Both the position numbers and the translations under genes were made by a program. This document shows positions 9,991 to 17,128 of a stretch of 29,003 nt of DNA, in pieces. The notes beneath the pieces are model-generated. The model searched no databases. It was not told where the DNA came from and was given only the letters and a program-made list of their open reading frames with translations. Location of the stretch: NCBI GenBank assembly GCA_964013405.1, contig CAXGWI010000029.1:1-29003 (forward strand), in the 5' to 3' direction. This DNA is from an uncultured Myxococcales bacterium (GTDB lineage: Bacteria > Myxococcota > UBA4151). Every line of letters starts with the position of its first letter. Position 1 is the stretch's first letter.

Positions 9991-10233
9991 ATGAGTCTCC
10001 GACCGATCATTATCGTTGTTTCCCTTCTCTTCATCGGCTTTATTGTCCTGCAATGGATGAGTATGAAGTCCCAACGTCTGCCGCGACGCCGGGGCAACCG
10101 GGCCCGACGGCGGCGACGGGCTCAAGTCATCGCGCCCAAAACTCGCAAAGGGCCGAGTCCCTGGGCGATGATTGCCGGCCTGGTGATGACCTTGGTCGCC
10201 CTGGGTCTAGCACTCTTCTGGAGGTCGAATTGA
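9991..10233 (+). CDS. Small 2-TM membrane protein with an Arg-rich loop
   Basis: 80 aa with two hydrophobic segments flanking RLPRRRGNRARRRRRAQ. Its stop overlaps the next start (TTGA, 10230-10233). Confidence 0.7.
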   Translation: MSLRPIIIVVSLLFIGFIVLQWMSMKSQRLPRRRGNRARRRRRAQVIAPKTRKGPSPWAMIAGLVMTLVALGLALFWRSN

Positions 10234-11477
10234 GGCTTCTTATCTTATTGGTTTTTCTTGCATCAGGCTGCCAACTCATTGGCGATGGCGACGCCCCGAC
10301 GCCTGAGCCCTGCAGTCCCCAACCTGTCGTCCGTGGCCCCTGGGCTGTCGGCTACCACATGACCCAAGCAGACATCCGCTGGGAAACAGAGGTGGCCGGT
10401 TGCGGCGGAATCCGCCTGCGTCGAGAAAGTGGCGGTGAATGGCTTGCCCAGGTGGCCTCCTCCGAAGAGATCGTGAACCGGACGCTCGCCGTCGGTGAAG
10501 GCGTCCTAGAGCGCCCCGACATCCCGGGCCCAAGTGTCCAACATCGAGTGAACTTACAGAACCTCGAACCGGGTACATGTTATCAATATCAGATCTCCCA
10601 GACTGCAGAGGTGGTCACGGGGCGCTTCTGTACCGCCCCCCGACTGGACAGCCGATCACCGCTCCGTTTCGCATTAATCGGCGACACCAACCCGGCGATG
10701 GGAACAACGGCCGGGCTCTATCAAAACCTCGCTGACTGGACGCCTTCGGCCATCCTCCACGCGGGGGATATTCAGTACTATGATAGCTTCATCGAGACCT
10801 GGGCCGACTGGTTCGTCCGCTCCGAACCCCTCCTGCGATCTGCGGCCATCCTGCCCGTCGTCGGCAACCACGAGCTCGAAGTGCTCGATGAGCGCCTGGA
10901 ACCGGAGGGGACCTTACCCCGAGACTTTACCGAGTACTATCAACCGATGTGGGGCGATCACGGACACAGCGGCCCCGGCAACAACTATGCCTTCCGGATG
11001 GGTGGACTTCTCGTCCTCGCGCTGGATTCGGAATGGGACCCCCAGGACATGTGGACGCAAGAAGTCCAGCAATGGGTGGTTCAAACGCTGGTCCAGGCAG
11101 AGTCTGATCCAAGCTATCGCTTCGCGGTCGTGATGTTTCACCGTCCTCTCATGACCCGCAGCCGCTACGGCGGCCAGACGGAGCGACGGGCCCAATTCGT
11201 CAATCTCGTGGCTCCATTTCGTGTCAAACTCATCCTCAGCGGACACGCCCACTGCTACGAGCGCTTTATCGACTCGGGCCGGACTTGGATCGTCAGTGGC
11301 GGCGGCGGCGCATTGCCCCACCGCTGCGATCAAGAGCACGAGGATTTAGCCCTCGCACAACAAGCCGCGCATACAACTTACCATTGGGTCGGCTTCACAC
11401 TGACCGCCAGCGGATTGACAGGGGAGGTTTTCGACGCCGATGATCAGGTCATCGATCGTTTCGAGATCGGAGGTTGA
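10230..11477 (+). CDS. Purple acid phosphatase-type metallophosphoesterase lipoprotein (Fn3-like N domain plus calcineurin-like catalytic domain)
   Basis: GGAGG at 10220-10224, TTG start, lipobox LASG-C. Motifs: LIGDT, HAGDIQY (GDxxY), VGNHE, VMFH, SGHAHCYER. Fn3-like segment LQNLEPGTCYQYQI. Confidence 0.88.
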   Translation: MRLLILLVFLASGCQLIGDGDAPTPEPCSPQPVVRGPWAVGYHMTQADIRWETEVAGCGGIRLRRESGGEWLAQVASSEEIVNRTLAVGEGVLERPDIPGPSVQHRVNLQNLEPGTCYQYQISQTAEVVTGRFCTAPRLDSRSPLRFALIGDTNPAMGTTAGLYQNLADWTPSAILHAGDIQYYDSFIETWADWFVRSEPLLRSAAILPVVGNHELEVLDERLEPEGTLPRDFTEYYQPMWGDHGHSGPGNNYAFRMGGLLVLALDSEWDPQDMWTQEVQQWVVQTLVQAESDPSYRFAVVMFHRPLMTRSRYGGQTERRAQFVNLVAPFRVKLILSGHAHCYERFIDSGRTWIVSGGGGALPHRCDQEHEDLALAQQAAHTTYHWVGFTLTASGLTGEVFDADDQVIDRFEIGG

Positions 11478-11478
11478 G

Positions 11479-12525
11479 ATGAGTCGAATCGTTCTGCTCC
11501 TCCCCTTCCTGGCCTGCGCCCCCATTCAACTCTACGAGGGGGACCGGGCAGCCTTTGACCGTATGCTCGACGTCATGGAGCCGATGGAGATTACGACGGA
11601 AGACCGTCATCTCCCTCGGCCAGCGCCCCTGATCAGTCATACCAAGGCCCCTGTAGGCCCGCCGGTCACCAGTCGACCTGCAGTTGCCCCGGGCCCTGCC
11701 GCACCGCCGGCCGGCGCCCCCGTGCCGCGACCAAGACCCAGGCAAACACCAGCGACCGCGCCCGGCGCCGGTCCCAGCCTTGACCTGACGGCGCCCGCGG
11801 CAGCACCAGCCCCTGCCCGCCGGCCAAGGCCGGAAACCAGGTCCCCGACGGTTCCAACACCGACCAAGAAGCGCGAGGAGAAAAAGGCAGCCCCTGGCCC
11901 CACGCCCATCCCTAAGACGCCAAAAACCAAGACGCCTCCCCTCCCCAAAGCACCCGCGCCACCGGCGCCGCCACCAACACCAGCCCCAAAGATACCTGGT
12001 GCACCCAAGCCTCCAGCAGCACCGGACGTTCCCCGACCCAAGATTCCCGCCGCTGAGGCGCCCAAGCGGGAGAAACCGAAACGGCAACTCATCAGTCGAT
12101 CCCCCACAAAGCCCAAGACAGAAGCCGGGGAGGCTTCCGCTTGGGCCAGTGCCGATGGTCTGACATCGGGGACACCGGAAGCCGATTCCGGCGAGGACGT
12201 TGGTCTCGATGACCTCTTTCCCCCGGCGCCCCGACCCAAAGGCCCACGGGATCCCGACGGCAATCGGGCCCTCATCGGCAAACGCAAAGGCCCACTCTCC
12301 GACTGCTACGTGAACGAGCGCCTCCGTGACGAGGGCGCTGCCGGTACCATCAAGCTGCTGATCGAAGTCCCCGAGACCCTGCCGAACAAGGTCTCTGTGA
12401 TGCGGAGCGAATTCTCCAAAGCGATGGGCGCCTGCGTGAGCCGGGCCCTCTCTGACGTGCCCTTTCCCGGGGACCCTGCGGGCAAGAGCTATCGATTCGC
12501 CATCCCCTTTACCTTCCGACGCTAG
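11479..12525 (+). CDS. Proline-rich protein with AgmX/PglI (TonB-C-like) C-terminal domain; probable lipoprotein
   Basis: GGAGG before ATG 11479; N-terminus MSRIVLLLPFLA-C; long P/A/K/T-rich linker. C-terminal domain LSDCYVNERLRDEGAAGTIKLLIEV...MGACVSRALSDVPFP...FAIPFTF is typical of myxobacterial AgmX/PglI C-termini. Confidence 0.75.
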   Translation: MSRIVLLLPFLACAPIQLYEGDRAAFDRMLDVMEPMEITTEDRHLPRPAPLISHTKAPVGPPVTSRPAVAPGPAAPPAGAPVPRPRPRQTPATAPGAGPSLDLTAPAAAPAPARRPRPETRSPTVPTPTKKREEKKAAPGPTPIPKTPKTKTPPLPKAPAPPAPPPTPAPKIPGAPKPPAAPDVPRPKIPAAEAPKREKPKRQLISRSPTKPKTEAGEASAWASADGLTSGTPEADSGEDVGLDDLFPPAPRPKGPRDPDGNRALIGKRKGPLSDCYVNERLRDEGAAGTIKLLIEVPETLPNKVSVMRSEFSKAMGACVSRALSDVPFPGDPAGKSYRFAIPFTFRR

Positions 12526-12624
12526 ACTTTCGGTGGGCCTGACATGGGCGTGGCCCAGTTGTTCCTTGCCCCTCCCCCCCCCTATTCGTTAGCGCCCCTG
12601 ACCGTAAGGTGAGGTCGAAGCAGC

Positions 12625-13251
12625 ATGGCTGGACCCAAGGGCAGACGTGTCCGTATCAACCCGGAGTTTCCGGAGCCCCGTAAGGTGGCTCAAGCTTGCG
12701 ATGCACTCAGAGAAGGGGAACTCATCGGCTGGCCCACCGATACGGGCTACGCACTCGCATGCGGGCTCTACAACCGTAGCGGTATGGATCGCCTCCGGCA
12801 GGCTCGTGGGCTCGACCGGCACCACCCCTTTACCTTCGCCGTATCCGATCTCTCAGCGATGACCCGCTACGCCGTTGTTGAGCAAGGTACCTTTCGCACC
12901 CTCAAACGGATCCTTCCGGGCCCATACACCATTATCTTGCGTTCAACGCCCCAGGTTCCCCGCGTCCTCCACTTCAAACGCCGACAGGTCGGCGTGCGTG
13001 TCATCGACCACCCTGTAAGCCAAGCGCTCATGACCGCATATGGTGAAGCGATCATCACCACATCGGCCATCTATGAAGGGCTGCATCTGGAGTATGGGGA
13101 GGAGTTGAAGGACGCATTCGGACATGTACTGGAACAAATCTTAGACGTAGACTATCTACCCCGAGCCGAAAGCACCGTTGTGGATATGAGCGGTGCCATC
13201 CCCGACGTGTTACGTGAGGGAGCTGGAGAAGTGACATGGCTAGAAAACTAA
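12625..13251 (+). CDS. yciO: Sua5/YciO/YrdC family protein, YciO-like subgroup
   Basis: Motifs WPTDTGYALAC, LPGPYTIIL, RRQVGVRV, ITTSA, STVVDM and LREGAG. It lacks the canonical TsaC KxR and SxN residues (has RQARG and TTSAI), which fits YciO rather than TsaC. Confidence 0.8.
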   Translation: MAGPKGRRVRINPEFPEPRKVAQACDALREGELIGWPTDTGYALACGLYNRSGMDRLRQARGLDRHHPFTFAVSDLSAMTRYAVVEQGTFRTLKRILPGPYTIILRSTPQVPRVLHFKRRQVGVRVIDHPVSQALMTAYGEAIITTSAIYEGLHLEYGEELKDAFGHVLEQILDVDYLPRAESTVVDMSGAIPDVLREGAGEVTWLEN

Positions 13252-14138
13252 TCCCCATCGCAATCATCAGTCTAACCTTTGGGTGTGCGACAGCGCCCGT
13301 GGACACGGGCATTCGTGGCCATCTTCCCCTGCGGCAGGCTGATCAGACCCTTTTGACCACGGTGATCCAGGGCAGCGTCGACGCATTGAAGCTGGCGTCT
13401 TGGTCGGAACAACTGAAGGAAAAGACCGTCGCGCTTCGGATCGTTGGTGTCTCCGGCCTTGAACAGGCCCGGCTCGCCTACAGCCTGGAACAAAGATTAC
13501 TCGCCGAAGCCAAGGTGGCTCGGGTTGCCACGGGCGCAGAGATCCAAGTGGTGGTTCTGGTCCGAGCTATCGGTGTTGAGAGTAAAAATGGTGACGAGGC
13601 GAGTCTTACCCGGGCTTTTCTCGTCGGCGAGGTCCTCCTTGTTCAAGCCAAGAAAGAACTCGCCCGTCTGGTTCTGAAGGGTCATGCCATCGACAGTTGG
13701 GTGGTCGGCGCAGCGAAGCCAGAACGCGGGAAAGGTCAGTATGGAGACCAGCCTGCGCGCCGAGACCGGGACCGAGACGACGATCGGGACCGCTACGATG
13801 ACAGGGATCGGGATCGGGATCGAGACCGCTACTATGATCGGGACAGAGACCGGGATCGGGATCGCGACCGGGACAGAGACCGTCGTGGGGATCGAGATCG
13901 ATATGACGACCGGGACCGGGACCGAGACAGGGGTCGAGACCGGGATCGAGATCGGCGCAGAGATCGAGATCGGGACCGATATGACGACCGGGACCGAGAC
14001 AGGGACCGTAGCCAGGACAAGAGTCGAGACCGGCGCAAAAAGAAAAAGCGGGGCGAGGCCGACCGGGATGATGATGAACGGAATGACCGCCGAGACCGTC
14101 GTCGCAACCGCCGCCGACAACCGCTCATCATCGATTGA
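13236..14138 (+). CDS. Lipoprotein with a small globular N domain and a ~120-aa Arg-Asp dipeptide-repeat C-terminal tail
   Basis: GGAG upstream; lipobox SLTFG-C; tail of (RD)n interrupted by RYDD/RYYD. It overlaps the yciO-like stop and abuts the MoxR gene. Confidence 0.75.
   Translation: MARKLIPIAIISLTFGCATAPVDTGIRGHLPLRQADQTLLTTVIQGSVDALKLASWSEQLKEKTVALRIVGVSGLEQARLAYSLEQRLLAEAKVARVATGAEIQVVVLVRAIGVESKNGDEASLTRAFLVGEVLLVQAKKELARLVLKGHAIDSWVVGAAKPERGKGQYGDQPARRDRDRDDDRDRYDDRDRDRDRDRYYDRDRDRDRDRDRDRDRRGDRDRYDDRDRDRDRGRDRDRDRRRDRDRDRYDDRDRDRDRSQDKSRDRRKKKKRGEADRDDDERNDRRDRRRNRRRQPLIID
13758..14120 (+). repeat. Degenerate 6-nt periodic repeat (GAY + Arg codon) encoding the RD tract, with a higher-order RY(D/Y)D-(RD)n unit occurring four times
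   Basis: Directly visible: gaccgggaccgagac..., gatcgggatcgggatcgagac... Confidence 0.9.
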
Positions 14139-14143
14139 CGACC

Positions 14144-14944
14144 ATGAACACTTTTCAGGGCACCAAGGACTACGTCTCCTCTCCCGAACTCAATCAAGCC
14201 GTGGCCTGTGCGTTGGTGCTTGGCCGCCCGCTGCTCGTCAAAGGAGAGCCGGGAACGGGTAAGACGCTCTTAGCCGGCGCGATCAGTGAGGCGCTCGAGC
14301 GGCCGCTGTTCCGCTGGCACGTCAAGTCCACCTCGAAAGCCCAGGAGGGGCTCTATCACTATGACGTCGTCGCTCGGTTGAACGACTCACGCTTTGGCGG
14401 TGGTGACGTCCACGATCTGCGCAGCTACATACGCATGGGTCCGCTGGGCATGGCCTTTCAACAAACCGCACCCGCCGTTGTCTTGGTCGACGAGATCGAC
14501 AAGGCGGATCCGGAATTTCCCAATGACCTGCTGCGGGAACTCGACGAGATTGCCTTCACCATCACCGAGTTGGATGAAACGGTGACGGCCACACACCGCC
14601 CCCTGGTGATCATCACCTCGAATGCAGAAAAAGAACTCCCCGACGCATTTCTGCGACGCTGCGTGTTTCATTTTATCGACTTTCCTGACCCCGAGCGGAT
14701 GCGACAGATTATCGATGTCCACCACCCGGACCTCAGTGAAACGTTGGTCGAAGCCGCTGCTGCTCGGTTCTTTCAACTCCGCCAGGAACGGGGCCTACGG
14801 AAACGGCCGAGCACAAGCGAGCTGGTGGATTGGCTTGCCGTCCTTGCCCACCATGGCGTCAAAGCCGACGACCTCGCCGCTGCAATGCCCTTCCTCGGCA
14901 CCCTGCTGAAAGACGAGCGGGACCTGCAGCGACTGGCCATCTAG
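14144..14944 (+). CDS. MoxR-family AAA+ ATPase (PA2707-like subfamily)
   Basis: N-terminus FQGTKDYVSS, Walker A GEPGTGKT, Walker B VLVDEIDK, sensor I ITSN, Arg finger DAFLRRC, and RKRPSTSELVDW. Alternative start TTG 14135. Confidence 0.92.
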   Translation: MNTFQGTKDYVSSPELNQAVACALVLGRPLLVKGEPGTGKTLLAGAISEALERPLFRWHVKSTSKAQEGLYHYDVVARLNDSRFGGGDVHDLRSYIRMGPLGMAFQQTAPAVVLVDEIDKADPEFPNDLLRELDEIAFTITELDETVTATHRPLVIITSNAEKELPDAFLRRCVFHFIDFPDPERMRQIIDVHHPDLSETLVEAAAARFFQLRQERGLRKRPSTSELVDWLAVLAHHGVKADDLAAAMPFLGTLLKDERDLQRLAI

Positions 14945-14960
14945 GGCCTGCAGGGCCGCC

Positions 14961-16118
14961 ATGTTCCTTCACTGGTTTATCAATCTGCGACTCGCTGGCG
15001 TCCCGGTGACGCTGACCGAGTGGCTCGACCTGGCCAAGGTGATGGAAGCGGGGCTGGTGGGCGATGTGGACCAACTCTACGGTGTCGGTCGTGCATTGTT
15101 GGCGAAGACCGAGAATCGCTACGACGACTACGATATCGCTTTCTCGGCCACCTTTGGCGAGGGCCAGATCCCGGTGGCCTTAAAGGATGAGTTCTCGGCC
15201 TGGCTCAAGGATCCGATCCCAGCCCAATTCGACGATGCGATGATGCGTCAACTCGCGGCCTTGGATCCGGAGGAATTGCGACGGCGTTTTGAGGAGATGC
15301 TGAAGAATCAACAAGAGCGCCATGATGGGGGTTCTCGCTATATTGGTACCGGCGGCACCTCGCCCTTCGGCAGCGGCGGCTACCACCCCTCGGGGGTTCG
15401 TGTTGGCCCAGGGGGCGGTCGAATGGCCGCCCGCGTGGCCCATCAGCGACGCTACCAAGAGTACCGGAGTGATGCCGTTCTCGACGTCCGCCAGTTCGAA
15501 GTCGCACTGAAGACGCTGCGCCATTTACTGCGCGAAGGGCCCGAAGAGTTACATCTCGACAAGACCATCGACAGGACCTGCCAGAACGCTGGCGAGATCG
15601 AGTTGGTCTTCGACCGAACTCGCCGTAACAGCCTGCGGTTGATCCTCATCATGGACGTGGGCGGCTCCATGGACCCCTTCGCGCAAATCTGCGACCGCCT
15701 CTTTTCCGCTGCCTCCAAAGCGAACCATTTTAAGTCCTTCAAAAACTATTGGTTCCACAACTGCGTCTACGAACGCTTGGGCACCAATATGGCACGGGGT
15801 GAGTTCGAGCCGACTTTTGAAGTCCTCGAAAAAGCCCACCCAGAGAGCTGTGTCATCTTCGTGGGTGATGCCTGCATGCACCCCTGGGAGTTGATGCAGC
15901 CAGGCTGGAGTATCGACCGCTGGGAGCGGGTTGAAAGACGGCGCGGGATCGACTGGATCAAGTCCTTCGCCGACCGGTTCGGGCGCTGTATCTGGCTGAA
16001 CCCAGAACCCACCCGGCACTGGCAGCACCCAACGATTGAGGCCATTGGCGGCCTGATCGATATGTACCCGCTGACGCTCGACGGACTGAGAGAAGGAATT
16101 CTGCGACTGCGGCGTTGA
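14961..16118 (+). CDS. VWA-domain protein (CoxE-like VWA), partner of the MoxR ATPase
   Basis: N-terminus MFLHWFINLRLAGVPVTLTEW, Gly-rich IGTGGTSPFG, MIDAS-like MDVGGSMD, FHNCVYE, FVGDA and IWLNPEP. Confidence 0.9.
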   Translation: MFLHWFINLRLAGVPVTLTEWLDLAKVMEAGLVGDVDQLYGVGRALLAKTENRYDDYDIAFSATFGEGQIPVALKDEFSAWLKDPIPAQFDDAMMRQLAALDPEELRRRFEEMLKNQQERHDGGSRYIGTGGTSPFGSGGYHPSGVRVGPGGGRMAARVAHQRRYQEYRSDAVLDVRQFEVALKTLRHLLREGPEELHLDKTIDRTCQNAGEIELVFDRTRRNSLRLILIMDVGGSMDPFAQICDRLFSAASKANHFKSFKNYWFHNCVYERLGTNMARGEFEPTFEVLEKAHPESCVIFVGDACMHPWELMQPGWSIDRWERVERRRGIDWIKSFADRFGRCIWLNPEPTRHWQHPTIEAIGGLIDMYPLTLDGLREGILRLRR

Positions 16119-16141
16119 GTCTGAAAAACTTAGCCAGGCGC

Positions 16142-16171
16142 TTGACTTCGCGGCCACACGCGGAGGATAAT
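16142..16171 (+). promoter_or_regulatory. Putative sigma70-type promoter for the ferredoxin-hcrCAB-like-rel unit
   Basis: TTGACT (16142-16147), 18-nt spacer, GATAAT (16166-16171), in the 77-bp gap upstream of the ferredoxin. A GGGGGAG RBS-like run follows. Confidence 0.55.
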
Positions 16172-16195
16172 CGTGTCGGATGGGGGAGATGGCCC

Positions 16196-16567
16196 ATGGC
16201 AACAATGATCACTGCAGATTGCATCAACTGTGGCGCCTGTGAGCCCGAATGCCCCAATCAGGCTATTCGAGAAGGTGACACTGTCTACGTGATCAATCCG
16301 AACCTGTGCACCGAGTGCGTTGGCTTTCATGGTGCGGAAGCCTGTCAGGAAGTTTGCCCCGTGGCCTGCTGTATCCCTAACCATGAACTCCGGGAAACCG
16401 AAGAGATCCTCCATGCTCGGGCGGTGAAACTCCACGGTGACGCTGAGATCCCCGCGACGGACGATCTCGACGGCGACACCAGCCGGTTCCGCAACGATGA
16501 TTGGGATAACGAAGAAGATCCGGATCAGGAGGCAGGCGAGGACTGGGCTCCCTACTGGGAAGACTGA
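16196..16567 (+). CDS. 2[4Fe-4S] ferredoxin, YfhL/Allochromatium (Alvin)-type, with an acidic C-terminal extension
   Basis: MATMITADCINCGACEPECP (CxxCxxCxxxCP) and CTECVGFHGAEACQEVCP (CxxC-x8-CxxxCP, the Alvin-type insertion). 123 aa, ending in DDWDNEEDPDQEAGEDWAPYWED. Confidence 0.9.
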   Translation: MATMITADCINCGACEPECPNQAIREGDTVYVINPNLCTECVGFHGAEACQEVCPVACCIPNHELRETEEILHARAVKLHGDAEIPATDDLDGDTSRFRNDDWDNEEDPDQEAGEDWAPYWED

Positions 16568-16597
16568 TCCCCCGATCTGAGGCCCTGGAGGTCACCA

Positions 16598-17128
16598 TTG
16601 GCCGAGAGCGTCCTCAAACTAAAGATTAATGGCTTCGTGCGAAGAGTTGCCGTCTCCGATCAGGAGACGCTTCTTGAGGTTTTGCGCTACACCCTCGGGC
16701 TGACCGGTTCGAAGCAGGGCTGTGACAAAGGCGATTGCGGCGCTTGTACCGTCCTCGTGGACGGCGAGCCCGTGCTCGCCTGCCTGAGCCTGGCAAAACG
16801 CAATGCCGATAAAGAGATCCTAACCATTGAGGGATTGAGTGGTCCGGAGGGTCCCCACGCTGTTCAGGATGCCTTCGACAAGGCCGGGGCGATGCAATGC
16901 GGGTTCTGCCAGCCCGGTATGATCTTGTCCGCCGCTGCCCTCCTCGAACGAGATCCCGAGCCGGATGACGAAGCCATCCGCCACGCCTTGTCCGGTAACC
17001 TGTGTCGCTGCACAGGATATACACGCATTTTTACCGCCGTGCGGCAGGCCGCAGGTATCGAAGCCGACCGCAAAGGTGTGGACCCCCGCCCGGCCCCAGC
17101 CCCTCCCGTGGATCCGAAATTGCCATGA
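16598..17128 (+). CDS. Xanthine-oxidase-family 2x[2Fe-2S] subunit (HcrC-like, 4-hydroxybenzoyl-CoA reductase gamma-like)
   Basis: GGAGG then TTG start. Motifs GSKQGCDKGDCGACTV, QCGFCQPG and LSGNLCRCTGY. Confidence 0.9.
   Translation: MAESVLKLKINGFVRRVAVSDQETLLEVLRYTLGLTGSKQGCDKGDCGACTVLVDGEPVLACLSLAKRNADKEILTIEGLSGPEGPHAVQDAFDKAGAMQCGFCQPGMILSAAALLERDPEPDDEAIRHALSGNLCRCTGYTRIFTAVRQAAGIEADRKGVDPRPAPAPPVDPKLP

Noticed and set aside
9942..10229. N-terminal extension of the 511-aa phosphoesterase ORF
   Set aside because: It overlaps the 80-aa membrane gene. The RBS, TTG and lipobox place the start at 10230.
13758..14120. Possible CRISPR array or non-coding tandem repeat
   Set aside because: No constant 25-45-nt repeat with unique spacers and no cas genes. 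It is an in-frame low-complexity coding tract.
13497..14262. Alternative-frame ORFs over the repeat: an SR-protein-like RS repeat (13832-14197, minus), a VP/IP repeat (minus) and a TG/IG repeat (plus)
   Set aside because: These follow automatically from the 6-nt periodic sequence. The RD frame has an RBS, a lipoprotein signal and operon fit, and its variation is largely synonymous.
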